A stretch of DNA of 63,850 nt, counting the filler, from Octopus bimaculoides (taxonomy: Eukaryota), in assembly GCF_001194135.2 (NCBI RefSeq). It is 7 parts of 6 records of this genome, joined end to end, with 100 filler letters (N's around TTAATTAATTAA, not from the genome) between each part and the next. Parts side by side here need not be neighbours in the genome. Positions count along the whole stretch, not along the records: positions 62,741 to 63,850 come from NW_026333570.1; 6 more parts are not named here. One strand, given 5' to 3'. Both the position numbers and the translations under genes were made by a program. Positions within the stretch are counted from its first letter, which is position 1. Each line of letters begins with the position of its first letter. The notes beneath the pieces are model-generated. The model was not told where the DNA came from. It was given only the letters and a program-made list of their open reading frames with translations, and did no database searches. Positions 63,661 to 63,850 of the stretch are shown in pieces.

Positions 63661-63850
63661 TGATATACATACATACATACATACATATATATACCCAAAC
63701 ATACATACATATATGCATATATACATACACATATACATACATACATGGATAGATAGATAAGTATGCATGTAGGTCGATAAATGTGTAACGTCTACCAGTA
63801 TTTGGTGTCTAATCTGCATTAATGCAACATCTACCTGTATAAATGCATAA

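Overview
Eukaryotic, AT-rich, microsatellite-dense and gap-rich genomic DNA. The repeat repertoire and the IL-17 type suggest a coleoid cephalopod, probably Octopus; this is inference, no search was run. Six 100-bp N44-TTAATTAATTAA-N44 linkers are scaffold joins, so true adjacency across them is not guaranteed. Host genes: a secreted IL-17-like cytokine gene (minus strand, main exon 28056-28559, candidate 15-nt first coding exon 29459-29473) and the 3' end of an SLC23/SVCT-type nucleobase-ascorbate transporter gene (minus strand, exon 62754-62849, probable last exon 61558-61706). The rest is mostly transposon debris: several tRNA-derived SINE families, fragments of RTE, CR1/L2, Tx1/L1 and R4-type LINEs, an LTR end with a tRNA-Trp PBS, and many Penelope-like element (PLE) remnants. 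The most interesting observation is a chimeric non-coding unit built as tRNA-like Pol III head + (AAT)n + Penelope pseudo-LTR carrying a minimal hammerhead ribozyme. It occurs as a monomer (21352-21690) and as a head-to-head palindromic dimer flanked by a 12-bp TSD (22356-22927). The same pLTR is joined to a Penelope RT fragment at 6797-7240, pointing to a candidate Penelope-mobilised SINE and its autonomous partner. A second family of (TA)n-embedded foldback elements (7376-7947, 16820-17195) shows the same PLE-like inverted geometry and covarying hairpins. Most long ORFs in the supplied track are artefacts of microsatellites or N runs.
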